Shown here piece by piece: positions 35,745 to 45,062 of a stretch of DNA of 64,000 bases; the first letter of the stretch is position 1; each line of letters opens with the position of its first letter. The notes beneath the pieces are model-generated. The model was not told the origin of the DNA. It saw nothing but the letters and a program-made list of their open reading frames with translations, and ran no database searches. The stretch comes from Christensenella sp. UBA6094 (GTDB lineage Bacteria > Bacillota > Clostridia > Christensenellales > UBA6094), in contig DIWY01000002.1 in NCBI GenBank assembly GCA_002435915.1, positions 86,006 through 150,005 of the forward strand, written 5' to 3'. The translations under genes were made by a program, and so were the position numbers.

Positions 35745-36338
35745 ATGAACAGCATAATAATTTTATTTGATGATTTTGAAACGCTGGATGTATTTGGCCC
35801 AGTTGAAGTTCTTGGCAGACTGCCACAGGACTACAAGCTCGGTTTTTACTCGATGCATGGAGGAATCGTAAAAAGCAAGCAGAATGTAGAAGTACAGACG
35901 CTTTCATTTGATCAAATAGATTCAGATAAAGAGTATCTAATATTGTTGCCTGGCGGACAGGGCACAAGACCGATTGTAAACGATGCTGAATATATCGAAA
36001 AAATTAAGAGCATTGCAGAAAAAGCAAAATACGTTTTAACCGTTTGCACAGGCTCTGCGGTGCTAGCTAAAACAGGACTATTAAAAGGCAAAAACGCCAC
36101 TTCAAACAAAATTGCGTTTGACTGGGTTACGGCACAAGATGCTGATGTGAACTGGAAACGTAAAGCACGCTGGGTAAACGATGGCAAATACTACAGCTCT
36201 TCCGGAGTCTCTGCTGGGATAGATATGACACTAGGCTTTATCGCAGATATGCACGGCAAAGAAATTGCAGTAGATACCGCTAAAAATATAGAATATATCT
36301 GGAACAAGGATAAAGATAACGATCCTTTTGCTGTGTAA
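35745..36338 (+). CDS. DJ-1/PfpI-family protein (class I glutamine amidotransferase-like)
   Basis: About 197 aa with the nucleophile-elbow motif VCTGSAVLA. Confidence 0.8.
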   Translation: MNSIIILFDDFETLDVFGPVEVLGRLPQDYKLGFYSMHGGIVKSKQNVEVQTLSFDQIDSDKEYLILLPGGQGTRPIVNDAEYIEKIKSIAEKAKYVLTVCTGSAVLAKTGLLKGKNATSNKIAFDWVTAQDADVNWKRKARWVNDGKYYSSSGVSAGIDMTLGFIADMHGKEIAVDTAKNIEYIWNKDKDNDPFAV

Positions 36339-36372
36339 TAATGTGTAGCATAAATAAAAATTGAGGTAACTT

Positions 36373-36939
36373 ATGAAAAATGTTTCTGTAAGGTTTGCAG
36401 TAAAAAGCGATAGGGAGTGTCTTTTGCAGATATATGCAGTGTATGTTAAAAAAGGCATAGCAAGAGACCGCGTTGTGCCAAGTGCTTTCGAATTCGAAGA
36501 TAGAATCCAAAGAACAGCAAATGGATTTCCGTTTGTTGTGTGTCAGATTGATGGGCAGATCGTTGGTTATGCTTATGTATCCGTGCATGAGGATAATGCT
36601 GACAATATTTGGACGACAATCTATATTTCGGATTTATATCACCGCAATAAAATAGGCAAGGCACTTTACACTTGCATCTTAGATTTTATTAAGCTTCAAG
36701 GGTATGAGAGAATTCATGCTATTGCAATGGCTTCAAATGAAGGCAGTATAAGATTTCATGAGTCTTTTGGATTTAAGCAAGTGGGAGAGTACCCAAATGC
36801 AATTATCATGGAAAAGAAGTTTGAGGATTGCACAGATGCTCCAAATAAAACAATTAGCATACAAGAAATTGATAGCGAAACCAGTGCAAAGTTATTTGCA
36901 AATGCACAGAAGATTATCGAAGATACTTTTAGAGTCTAG
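36373..36939 (+). CDS. GNAT N-acetyltransferase (phosphinothricin/MnaT-like)
   Basis: 188 aa with a YHRNKIGKALY acetyl-CoA-binding region. It is a paralogue of the next gene. Confidence 0.8.
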   Translation: MKNVSVRFAVKSDRECLLQIYAVYVKKGIARDRVVPSAFEFEDRIQRTANGFPFVVCQIDGQIVGYAYVSVHEDNADNIWTTIYISDLYHRNKIGKALYTCILDFIKLQGYERIHAIAMASNEGSIRFHESFGFKQVGEYPNAIIMEKKFEDCTDAPNKTISIQEIDSETSAKLFANAQKIIEDTFRV

Positions 36940-37008
36940 ATATTAGTGGCTCAGCATATATTAGTATATTAAGTAATTAATATTATCAAAACTTGAGGAG
37001 GATGTCTT

Positions 37009-37617
37009 ATGAAAAAAGTTTCTGTCAGATTTGTGCAGAACAACGATGCAAAAGGCCTAATTGAGATTTATGCACCATATGTAACCGAAACACCCATAAC
37101 ATGCGAATGCGAAGTGCCAAGTGTGCAAGAATTCCAAGACAGGATCCAAAAAATTTCTAAGACATTCCCATATGTCGTATGCGAAATTGACGGAGAGCTG
37201 GTTGGGTACTCGTATGCATCTTTGCACAAAGAAAGAGCAGCGTATCGGTGGGACAGCGATGCAACAGTCTACGTTTCGAGCAATTATCATCGCAATAAAA
37301 TAGGCACAGCACTGTATAACTGCATGCTAGAACTAAATAAGCTACAGGGATTCTACAACATATATGCAGTAGTAACTACGGCAAACGAAGGAAGTATAAA
37401 ATTCCACGAAGCGTTTGGATTTGTGCCCATGGGCACGTACACAAACACAGCTTTTAAATTAGGTAAATGGCACAATATAACCGTAATGGAAAAGAAGCTA
37501 AAAGAGTATGATCTTGAACCAAAAGAAACGCTTAGCATAAAAGATATCGACAGCAAAATCATAGAAAAGCTATTTACAGAAGCGGAAGAGATTGTTGCTG
37601 AAACTTTTGTGGATTGA
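37009..37617 (+). CDS. GNAT N-acetyltransferase (phosphinothricin/MnaT-like), tandem paralogue
   Basis: 202 aa, colinear with 36373..36939 (VRF..IYA.YV.., YHRNKIGTALY, NEGSIKFHEAFGF). Confidence 0.8.
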   Translation: MKKVSVRFVQNNDAKGLIEIYAPYVTETPITCECEVPSVQEFQDRIQKISKTFPYVVCEIDGELVGYSYASLHKERAAYRWDSDATVYVSSNYHRNKIGTALYNCMLELNKLQGFYNIYAVVTTANEGSIKFHEAFGFVPMGTYTNTAFKLGKWHNITVMEKKLKEYDLEPKETLSIKDIDSKIIEKLFTEAEEIVAETFVD

Positions 37618-37626
37618 GGAGAAGAC

Positions 37627-38154
37627 ATGGCAGCAGCAATACGCTTGGCTAAAAAGAGCGAACTAAATAAGGTCGTTGCGCTCTACGATACGCTTAATGA
37701 TTATCTACAGAGCTCAATAAATTATCCACGCTGGAAAAAAGGACAATACCCGAGCGAAATTACTGCGACTGAGGGTTTTGAGGCTAACGGTCTTTATATC
37801 ATGGAAGTAAATGGCGAAATAGCTGGAACCATTATTCTGATTTCCGACCAACCGAAGCAATATGAAAAGCTTAGTTGGGGCAAAAGAAGCGAAGCAGAAA
37901 AAACGTTAGTAATTCATGCGCTGGCTGTGCACCCAAAATTCTTAAAAAGAGGAGTAGCATCACAGCTACTGGATTTTGCACAGCAGCTTGCAGTAAGCGA
38001 AGGAATGGAAACGATAAGGCTGGACGTTTTTGAAGAAAATTATCCTGCACAAAATCTTTATACAAAAAAGGGATATAAGTGTGTTGGGACAGTAGATCTT
38101 GAACTTAACATACCAGATCTTGTTATGTTTAAATGCTTCGAGAAAATACTTTAG
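37627..38154 (+). CDS. GNAT N-acetyltransferase
   Basis: 175 aa with LAVHPKFLKRGVASQLL (motif A). Confidence 0.8.
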   Translation: MAAAIRLAKKSELNKVVALYDTLNDYLQSSINYPRWKKGQYPSEITATEGFEANGLYIMEVNGEIAGTIILISDQPKQYEKLSWGKRSEAEKTLVIHALAVHPKFLKRGVASQLLDFAQQLAVSEGMETIRLDVFEENYPAQNLYTKKGYKCVGTVDLELNIPDLVMFKCFEKIL

Positions 38155-38173
38155 AAGAAGAGAGGAAACGCAA

Positions 38174-38605
38174 ATGAACATTAGAACAATGAGCATCGAT
38201 GATTATAAAGGAGCGTACCAAATATGGACATCCACAGAGGGAGTGGGACTGCGCAGTTTAGATGATTCGCATAATGGCATAAAAAAGTTTATTGACAGAA
38301 ACCCTAATACGAACTTTGTCGCGGTTGATGGTGATAAAATAGTTGGAGTTATACTGAGCGGGCATGATGGGCGAAGGGCTTACATTTACCACACATGCGT
38401 GGATACAGACTATCGCGGGCAGGGCATAGGTAAAATGCTAGTTGACGCTTCTCTTGATGCGCTAAAAGCTGAAGGAATAAACAAAGCTGCGCTAGTAGTT
38501 TTTACAGATAATCAGATAGGCAATCCGTTTTGGAGTGCTATCGGATGGGAAAGACGGCTTGACCTTAATTATTATAATAAAAGCCTTAATAGAAAGAATG
38601 TGTAG
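38174..38605 (+). CDS. GNAT N-acetyltransferase
   Basis: ORF 38099..38605 trimmed to MNIRTMSIDDY. It contains VDTDYRGQGIGKMLV (motif A). Confidence 0.8.
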   Translation: MNIRTMSIDDYKGAYQIWTSTEGVGLRSLDDSHNGIKKFIDRNPNTNFVAVDGDKIVGVILSGHDGRRAYIYHTCVDTDYRGQGIGKMLVDASLDALKAEGINKAALVVFTDNQIGNPFWSAIGWERRLDLNYYNKSLNRKNV

Positions 38606-38637
38606 TAAAGTTTCAGTTGAGTAGTAAGGAGATCATC

Positions 38638-38994
38638 ATGAAATACAAATGGATGGACGAATATTTTCTAGCGAAAAAAAGTGTCCAGAAAGATTTTAAA
38701 GTAGAATGGAATGCTACAAGATACTTTATTGGTGGCAAAATGTTTGCAATGCAAGGTGGCGACAAATATAATAAACCTATAATAACGCTTAAATGCGAGC
38801 CGATGTTTGGCAGGATGCTCAGAGAAACGTACAAAGATATTATTCCTGGGTATTATATGAACAAAGAGCATTGGAACTCAGTATATCTTGAAGGCGATGT
38901 GCCGGATGATATACTAAAGCAGATGATAGATATGTCGTATTCGCTTGTGCTTGGTTCTCTTAGCAAAAAAGCGCAAGCTGAGATAAACGGATAA
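38638..38994 (+). CDS. MmcQ/YjbR-family protein
   Basis: Trimmed to MKYKWMDEYF with AAGGAG upstream. The sequence KCEP...PGYYMNKEHWNSV is typical of the YjbR family. Confidence 0.7.
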   Translation: MKYKWMDEYFLAKKSVQKDFKVEWNATRYFIGGKMFAMQGGDKYNKPIITLKCEPMFGRMLRETYKDIIPGYYMNKEHWNSVYLEGDVPDDILKQMIDMSYSLVLGSLSKKAQAEING

Positions 38995-39021
38995 AAATAA
39001 ACACAAGCAGGAGGTAGATGA

Positions 39022-39426
39022 ATGGGTATTAAGTACAAAACCACTAAGAAATTTGCTCCAGAAGATTTGCAAGAGCTGTTTTTATCAGTAGAATGGTCGT
39101 CAGGGCACTACCCAGACAAACTAGTTATCGCTATGAAAAACTCCGGCTCGGTTTTCTCGGCATGGGAAGGCGATAAACTTATTGGGCTTGTTAATGTGCT
39201 GGATGATGGCGTTATGACTGCATATGTCCATTACCTGCTTATTAATCCAAACTATCATGGTCAAGGCATAGGTAAAAAGCTTGTGAGCTTAGTGAGCGAT
39301 AAATACAAAGACTATTTGCGAATTGTGCTAATTGCCTATGATAAAGAAATCGGATTCTACGAGAACTGCGGATTTGAAAAAGGCGAAGATAAAACACCTA
39401 TGTTTATAACCTCTCTTTGGACATAA
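39022..39426 (+). CDS. GNAT N-acetyltransferase
   Basis: 134 aa with INPNYHGQGIGKKLV (motif A). Confidence 0.8.
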   Translation: MGIKYKTTKKFAPEDLQELFLSVEWSSGHYPDKLVIAMKNSGSVFSAWEGDKLIGLVNVLDDGVMTAYVHYLLINPNYHGQGIGKKLVSLVSDKYKDYLRIVLIAYDKEIGFYENCGFEKGEDKTPMFITSLWT

Positions 39427-39447
39427 AATATTTGTGAGGTGCTGAAA

Positions 39448-39813
39448 ATGGAACTAAAGATAATTGATGGAGAATTCTCAATATGCCAAATTAAAGATAT
39501 GTCAAAAGTGAATTTTGAGGATGAATTCGTGTTCTTTTCCAAAACTGACGATGAACTCTCGCTTGTATGCAGAGAAGAATATGTTCCAGCTGATCATGTA
39601 ATAGTCGATAGTGGATTTAGCGTTTTTAGGATGGCAGGTGTTCTGGATTTTTCGCTTATAGGTATACTATCAAGAATATCTACAATTTTGGCAGCAGAGA
39701 AAATAAGCATATTTGCAGTATCAACGTATAACACGGACTATATCTTTGTTAAAACAGCGCAGCTAGAAAAGGCAAAGAAGGCACTGCAACAGAACGGATA
39801 TACACTGATTTAA
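39448..39813 (+). CDS. ACT-domain protein (ACT_7-like)
   Basis: About 121 aa. The pattern FSICQI...VFRMAGVLDFSLIGILSRISTILAAEKISIFAVSTYNTDYIFV fits a small-molecule-binding ACT fold. Confidence 0.65.
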   Translation: MELKIIDGEFSICQIKDMSKVNFEDEFVFFSKTDDELSLVCREEYVPADHVIVDSGFSVFRMAGVLDFSLIGILSRISTILAAEKISIFAVSTYNTDYIFVKTAQLEKAKKALQQNGYTLI

Positions 39814-39960
39814 ACTGAAAATGTAGTATAACAATAAATTTTAGCAAAAGCGTTTACTATCGCTCGAAAAAACTGCTGCTAATAAAAATATCACCCAAAC
39901 GGGTGGTATTGCACATAGTCTTTATAATGCATAATTAGTGTTATAAAGGGAGGCGTTTAT

Positions 39961-40722
39961 ATGAACAATGAAAAGAGCAAAAATAACAACAAAAGGATAA
40001 TAATAGTAGTTAGTTTACTGCTGGTAATTTTACTGATCCTTTTTCTTTTTAACAGCTGTGGAAAAGGAACTCAGACTGCTGGTAGCGAAAACAAAAGCAC
40101 AGCAAGCCAAACTAGTACTGCAAGCACAACTAGCACGTCGAGTGTTAGCGCGCAAACTAATGCATCAAATAATGTTGTAGCAGATTTTTATAGCAAAAAA
40201 ATCAAGCATGGCAAGATAACATTTTCAAGCGGTACCAGCAAAGATCAGCAAGTTGAATATTGGTTTGATAATAACAAATATCGCTTAACGTGGTATAATG
40301 AAGATGGATCAATTAGGCTACATATGATAAGTCCTGATGGAGTGAAACTGTATTATTGCTATGTAGCAGATAAAGTTTCTAAAATTGCTTATGTTCTTCC
40401 TGAGAAGCATCAATGGCTATTCGTCGGACCGCCGGGCTGGACTCTTGATGCAGGAGTAAAAGAGGGCGACTTAACAGCATACACGTATACAGCAAAAAAA
40501 CTATGGGATATAGCAGGCTCTAGCCAACAGTTTTATTTAGAAGATATGGTTGTCTACTCTGACGGCAAAAAGATAGTTAAAGTTGTGACGCGCACAACTA
40601 GCCACTTGCCTAAAACTGAAGCTGATCTTGTAAGCAGCACATATCAAATAGACTCTATAGAATATTTAGATAGTATACCTGCTGATATATTTACCATCCC
40701 GTATCCTATTAAAACAGAATAA
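39961..40722 (+). CDS. Hypothetical secreted/lipoprotein-like protein
   Basis: 253 aa with a signal anchor plus Cys (LFNSCG) and a Ser/Thr-rich linker. No family recognised. Confidence 0.6.
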   Translation: MNNEKSKNNNKRIIIVVSLLLVILLILFLFNSCGKGTQTAGSENKSTASQTSTASTTSTSSVSAQTNASNNVVADFYSKKIKHGKITFSSGTSKDQQVEYWFDNNKYRLTWYNEDGSIRLHMISPDGVKLYYCYVADKVSKIAYVLPEKHQWLFVGPPGWTLDAGVKEGDLTAYTYTAKKLWDIAGSSQQFYLEDMVVYSDGKKIVKVVTRTTSHLPKTEADLVSSTYQIDSIEYLDSIPADIFTIPYPIKTE

Positions 40723-40742
40723 ACGCACGAAAGACTGATTTA

Positions 40743-41375
40743 ATGAACAATATCTTATTTCAGACAGAAAATTTAAATTATAATAATATGATTGATTTTG
40801 CCGATCTTAAAATTGAGAAAGGGAAAGTCAATTTTATTATTGGCGAATCAGGATGCGGTAAAAGCACACTGCTTAGGCTGTTTAACGCTTTTTTATCGCC
40901 CGCTAGAGGCAGCGTGCGCTATAACGGTCAGCTTTTGGAGGAGTTTGATACTCTGAAACTTCGCAAAGAGGTTTCGCTTGTAGCGCAAGAAGTGTTTTTG
41001 TTTGATGCTTCTATCTCGGATAATTTTAAGCAGTTTTATGAATACAGAGAGCTTGATGTTCCAAGTGATGAAATAATTAGCAAAATGCTAAAAGTGTGTT
41101 GCTTAGACTTTCCACTGGATAAGGACTGCACCTCAATGTCTGGAGGAGAACGCCAAAGAGTTTATACAGCTATCTTTTTATCGTTTAACCCAAAAGTTAT
41201 TATGCTGGACGAGCCTACATCAGCGCTTGACGAAAAGAACTCCATCTCGGTTATTTCAAACATATTAGAGTATTGCAAAGAAAACAACATCGAAGTAATA
41301 ATTGTCACGCATGACATGGCAGTTAGACAGCAGTTTGATGGAAATATAATATCGCTTGAAAGGTGCGTGCAGTGA
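40743..41375 (+). CDS. ABC transporter ATP-binding protein (FetA/YbbL-like)
   Basis: 210 aa with GESGCGKSTL, MSGGERQR and IMLDEPTSALD. Confidence 0.85.
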   Translation: MNNILFQTENLNYNNMIDFADLKIEKGKVNFIIGESGCGKSTLLRLFNAFLSPARGSVRYNGQLLEEFDTLKLRKEVSLVAQEVFLFDASISDNFKQFYEYRELDVPSDEIISKMLKVCCLDFPLDKDCTSMSGGERQRVYTAIFLSFNPKVIMLDEPTSALDEKNSISVISNILEYCKENNIEVIIVTHDMAVRQQFDGNIISLERCVQ

Positions 41376-42148
41376 TGGAAGGAGCAACAACGCTTTCGAT
41401 AGCTCAGTTTTCGCTTATATATCTGCTTTTATTAATAGTGCTTTTTATTATGAAACGCTCCAAGATCGATAAAACAAAACTACTGATCATTGCAAGCGTA
41501 AGAATGACGGTTCAGTTAGTACTAATAGGGTTTATCTTGCAGTACATTTTTGCAAACCCAAATCCACTTATTACAACGCTTTTTCTGGCGGTCATGTTAT
41601 CTTTTTCAATTCACAGAGTGTTTTCAACCAGAAAAGATCTTAATAAAAAGTTTAAAGTTATTATTGCGATATCGCTGTCTATTTCTGGATTAGCTGTTCT
41701 GATGTACTTTGTGGGCGTAGTTGTAGGTAAAAATATATTTAACCCGCAGTACACGATTCCTCTTGCAGGTATGATAATCGGCAACGCGATGACGGGGCTG
41801 ACGATCGGACTTAAGACGTTTATGGAGAGCATAAAACTTCAACGCAGAAAAATTGACACGCTGACTAATCTAGGCGTTTCGCCAAAGAACATACTAAAGC
41901 CGTTTGTTAATAATGCTCTTGAAGCTTCATTGCTGCCTACGCTTAATTCTATGCTGGGCATGGGAATAATTTTTCTGCCAGGAATGATGACTGGTCAGAT
42001 ATTAGCCGGCACATTACCCACAACGGCTATCATGTATCAAATAGCTATATATATCGCGATCTGCACATCCGTTTGCCTATCTGTGTTCTGCTCGCTAAAT
42101 TTTGGCTACAGAACTTTATATAACGAAAAGAACCAGTTTATAGGATGA
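41375..42148 (+). CDS. ABC transporter permease, UPF0014/FetB (YbbM)-like
   Basis: The ATG overlaps the upstream stop (TGATG). About 257 aa, multi-TM, and paired with a FetA-like ATPase. Confidence 0.75.
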   Translation: MEGATTLSIAQFSLIYLLLLIVLFIMKRSKIDKTKLLIIASVRMTVQLVLIGFILQYIFANPNPLITTLFLAVMLSFSIHRVFSTRKDLNKKFKVIIAISLSISGLAVLMYFVGVVVGKNIFNPQYTIPLAGMIIGNAMTGLTIGLKTFMESIKLQRRKIDTLTNLGVSPKNILKPFVNNALEASLLPTLNSMLGMGIIFLPGMMTGQILAGTLPTTAIMYQIAIYIAICTSVCLSVFCSLNFGYRTLYNEKNQFIG

Positions 42149-42289
42149 TAATCTTAAATAACTCTAAGGCTTATCAGCCAGAGTTTTACAGAAATCTTTG
42201 TTAATAACTAGACCAAATGAGCTATTTGGGGTAATATTAATAGCACAGATGTTAAAGCTTAATTTGAGGAATAGAGGTGAGTAGTGAAT

Positions 42290-42955
42290 ATGGAAAACGA
42301 CAATGAAGTTGAAGGCACGCCAGAAGTAGAAATTAACAGTAAAAGCGTAGCTGGTGTTGAAATAGATGAGCAATCAGATCAAAAAATAAAGGCTGATATC
42401 CAAAAACTGCAAAGCGAAGAGGAAGAGAAAGCCAGAATAAAGAAAGAAAAACGCAAAGAGCGTAAATCTTTTTTTCTGACATTATTAACTGCTTTTATAA
42501 TTGCGCTCAGCTTAAGGATTTTCGTTTTTGAGTTCGTAGGCATTGACGGACCGTCCATGGAACCTACTCTGGTTAAAGGCGAATCAGTTGTTATAAATAA
42601 ACTTGTCTATAAATATTCCACGCCAAGTAGAGGCGACGTGGTTGTTGTGTTATTCCCTGACGTTACTGAGCATTATGTTAAGCGCGTAATCGGTCTTCCA
42701 GGCGAAACGATACAGATTAAAAACGGTGTAGTGTATATAAATGGGCAGGCACTCTCAACCGATTATTATAATAAAGAAGAAGTGCCAGCTGGCGACTTTG
42801 GACCGATTGTTGTTGAGCAAGGCAGTGTATTCCTTATGGGCGATAACAGAAACCATTCACAGGACTCAAGAGCTTTGGGTACGCTAAAAATATCGGACAT
42901 AACGGGTAAAGTTGAGTTTATTGTTTGGCCATTTAATAGAATTAAAAAGCTATAG
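42290..42955 (+). CDS. lepB: Signal peptidase I
   Basis: It has the GPSMEPTL catalytic Ser box, the KRVIGLPGE Lys box and GDNRNHSQDSR. It also has an acidic/basic N-terminal extension. The alternative GTG start is at 42284. Confidence 0.85.
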   Translation: MENDNEVEGTPEVEINSKSVAGVEIDEQSDQKIKADIQKLQSEEEEKARIKKEKRKERKSFFLTLLTAFIIALSLRIFVFEFVGIDGPSMEPTLVKGESVVINKLVYKYSTPSRGDVVVVLFPDVTEHYVKRVIGLPGETIQIKNGVVYINGQALSTDYYNKEEVPAGDFGPIVVEQGSVFLMGDNRNHSQDSRALGTLKISDITGKVEFIVWPFNRIKKL

Positions 42956-42975
42956 TCTTTTTTACGGAGACTTTT

Positions 42976-43143
42976 ATGGAGGCTATACTCTTTTGGAGAC
43001 TTTGCCTCCAAACCACCACCAAAGGGATGCATCCCTTTGGAATCCCATCCAAAAGAATATTCTAAATATTAAATTAACTCTATACATATCTTTTCCTTCT
43101 TTTCTTTAAGAAAAGAAGTGGGAGTATGAGGGCGACGCCCTCA
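42976..43143 (+). repeat. Family-1 multi-hairpin repeat, full copy
   Basis: GGAGAC-TTT-GCCTCC (imperfect), CCAAAGGGATGCATCCCTTTGG, AT-rich spacer, module C, then TGAGGGC-GAC-GCCCTCA. An extra half-arm CGACGCCCTCA lies at 43153-43163. Confidence 0.85.
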
Positions 43144-43263
43144 TAACATAACCGACGCCCTCATGATACAAACAAAACGATAAATCAAAACCGAGCATAA
43201 GCTCGGTTTTTGTGTTGTAATAACTCTTTTTTTATAAACATACTCTTATAAAAGAGAAAAGGG

Positions 43264-44118
43264 GTGGATGCTATCAAGAGTAAGAAGCTGATATTAAAAC
43301 TAATTGCTTTATTTGCTGTATTACTTTGCGGGCTGTATTATTATTGCACTATATACAATTGCGGTGAATACCAGACAAGTTTTTCGGACGTGGACACAGA
43401 GTTATTGCAACTGTGCGTAGATAAGCAGGAAACACACGCGCCGTATTACGCTCTTTATGCGCTTTGCGTAACTTATAAAATATTGCCAGATAAGGCAGTT
43501 AATATGATGTGTATTGGAGAAAGCAGGAGCGCTTTTTATATAGATAGATGGCCAGTAAAAGATGATATAATTCAGACGTTTATAAATATAGACGCTAAAA
43601 ATTCGGGTAGCGCAAAGGACGAAACCAGGGCAAAAAAAGCCGCTGAAATATGCATCTCCCTTAAGAAAATAAACAATATTATTGAAGGTGCTTTCCCATT
43701 AGACATAAATGCTAAATACAGCTATAGTAATACGTTTGGCGCGAAAAGAACGTATGGCGGAGAGAGATTGCACGAAGGTCTTGATATTATTTGCAAAAGC
43801 GGTACGCCTGTGTATTCTGTTACTGATGGCACAGTTGTCAAAAAAGGTTGGATCACACTTGGCGGCTGGCGGATACTTATAAAAGATAGTTTTGGAATCG
43901 AATATTATTATGCGCATCTAAGCAAATACGTCAGCGGAATAAGTGTGGGTGATACAGTAAAAAGTGGTCAGCTTATTGGCTATAGTGGCGATAGCGGATA
44001 CGGCAAAATTGGCACAGTCGGTCAGTTTGTAGCACATCTGCACTTTGGCATATACGAAAACAATGTTGCGATAAACCCATACGTATTCATTAAATTATGC
44101 CAGAAGAACAAGCGCTGA
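43264..44118 (+). CDS. M23-family metallopeptidase (LytM domain)
   Basis: 284 aa with a GTG start and a signal anchor. It has the HEGLDI and HLHFG zinc-binding motifs. Confidence 0.8.
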   Translation: MDAIKSKKLILKLIALFAVLLCGLYYYCTIYNCGEYQTSFSDVDTELLQLCVDKQETHAPYYALYALCVTYKILPDKAVNMMCIGESRSAFYIDRWPVKDDIIQTFINIDAKNSGSAKDETRAKKAAEICISLKKINNIIEGAFPLDINAKYSYSNTFGAKRTYGGERLHEGLDIICKSGTPVYSVTDGTVVKKGWITLGGWRILIKDSFGIEYYYAHLSKYVSGISVGDTVKSGQLIGYSGDSGYGKIGTVGQFVAHLHFGIYENNVAINPYVFIKLCQKNKR

Positions 44119-44140
44119 GTATCCAAAAAACTACACAAAA

Positions 44141-44165
44141 AAAAGTGCCCTTTAAAGGCACTTTA
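44141..44165. terminator. Palindromic terminator between convergent genes
   Basis: AAAAGTGCCCTTTAAAGGCACTTT. The A-run on the plus side gives a U-run for the minus-strand gene. Confidence 0.6.
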
Positions 44166-44169
44166 ATAG

Positions 44170-44829
44170 TTACTGGTGTTTCATTGAGCACATTTCGCTT
44201 ATTTCATACTTTGATGCAAAATGCTTTAAATCATCATAAAAGCTTTGTGTCTGAACTTCATCATCCTCGACTCTAAAAACAAAGGGCTTTATCTCGCCAC
44301 TAACACTAACGTAATTTAGTATTAGATACGAATGTTTAATTTTTTTCTTTGAAGTAGCTACATGATCCATTTGCCATGAGTTACCCATAACGAGTTTGTT
44401 TTCAGTAAAAGTTGCTACTTTGATTACACTATCAACGATTACGCCATCTTTAACAAGACCAATGGCTGTTATTTCATCGTAATTTAATACGTCTAAGCGC
44501 TGTGCAAGATCAGGATCCAAAGGATCAACAAAATCAAAATATAATTTCTTAGGAGAAAGCAGTATGGAGCATTTCACAGCTATTGGAAGTCTAGTTCCTT
44601 CTACAGGATAAACATTTATAGAGTTTATTGCTCTTACTTTTTGTGCGAAAGTTTGAGTGCTAAGTGAGCTACTTACTCGCATGTACACACCCATACCTAA
44701 AGCCATGTTTATTGCTGCATAAATTACGTTTGTAATTACGTCAGAAAGAGCAACGCCACCTAATACACTTAGAAGTGCAGCTCCCATGTATAGCGCGCCT
44801 ATTATAAATATTATAAGTCCAATTATCAT
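44170..44829 (-). CDS. Hypothetical membrane protein
   Basis: 219 aa with two N-terminal TM helices and a soluble C-terminal domain. No family recognised. Confidence 0.55.
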   Translation of the reverse strand: MIIGLIIFIIGALYMGAALLSVLGGVALSDVITNVIYAAINMALGMGVYMRVSSSLSTQTFAQKVRAINSINVYPVEGTRLPIAVKCSILLSPKKLYFDFVDPLDPDLAQRLDVLNYDEITAIGLVKDGVIVDSVIKVATFTENKLVMGNSWQMDHVATSKKKIKHSYLILNYVSVSGEIKPFVFRVEDDEVQTQSFYDDLKHFASKYEISEMCSMKHQ

Positions 44830-45062
44830 ATTGCACCTCCCGTTACGTATATTTTGCGTTTAAATATTCACAATGTCAAGATATATTATCTATACACTGA
44901 TTATAGTGATTATACTCTATTTTCTGTTAAATATATATTAAAAATAGGGTAACAGCTTGTATCTTTTATTAATAGATTTGCAGCTATTTTTGTTTCTATA
45001 TACATTTAATATCCTCTTTTGATCCGTACTTACGAAAGCTTTCTTCGTGATTTGTTAAAAAA

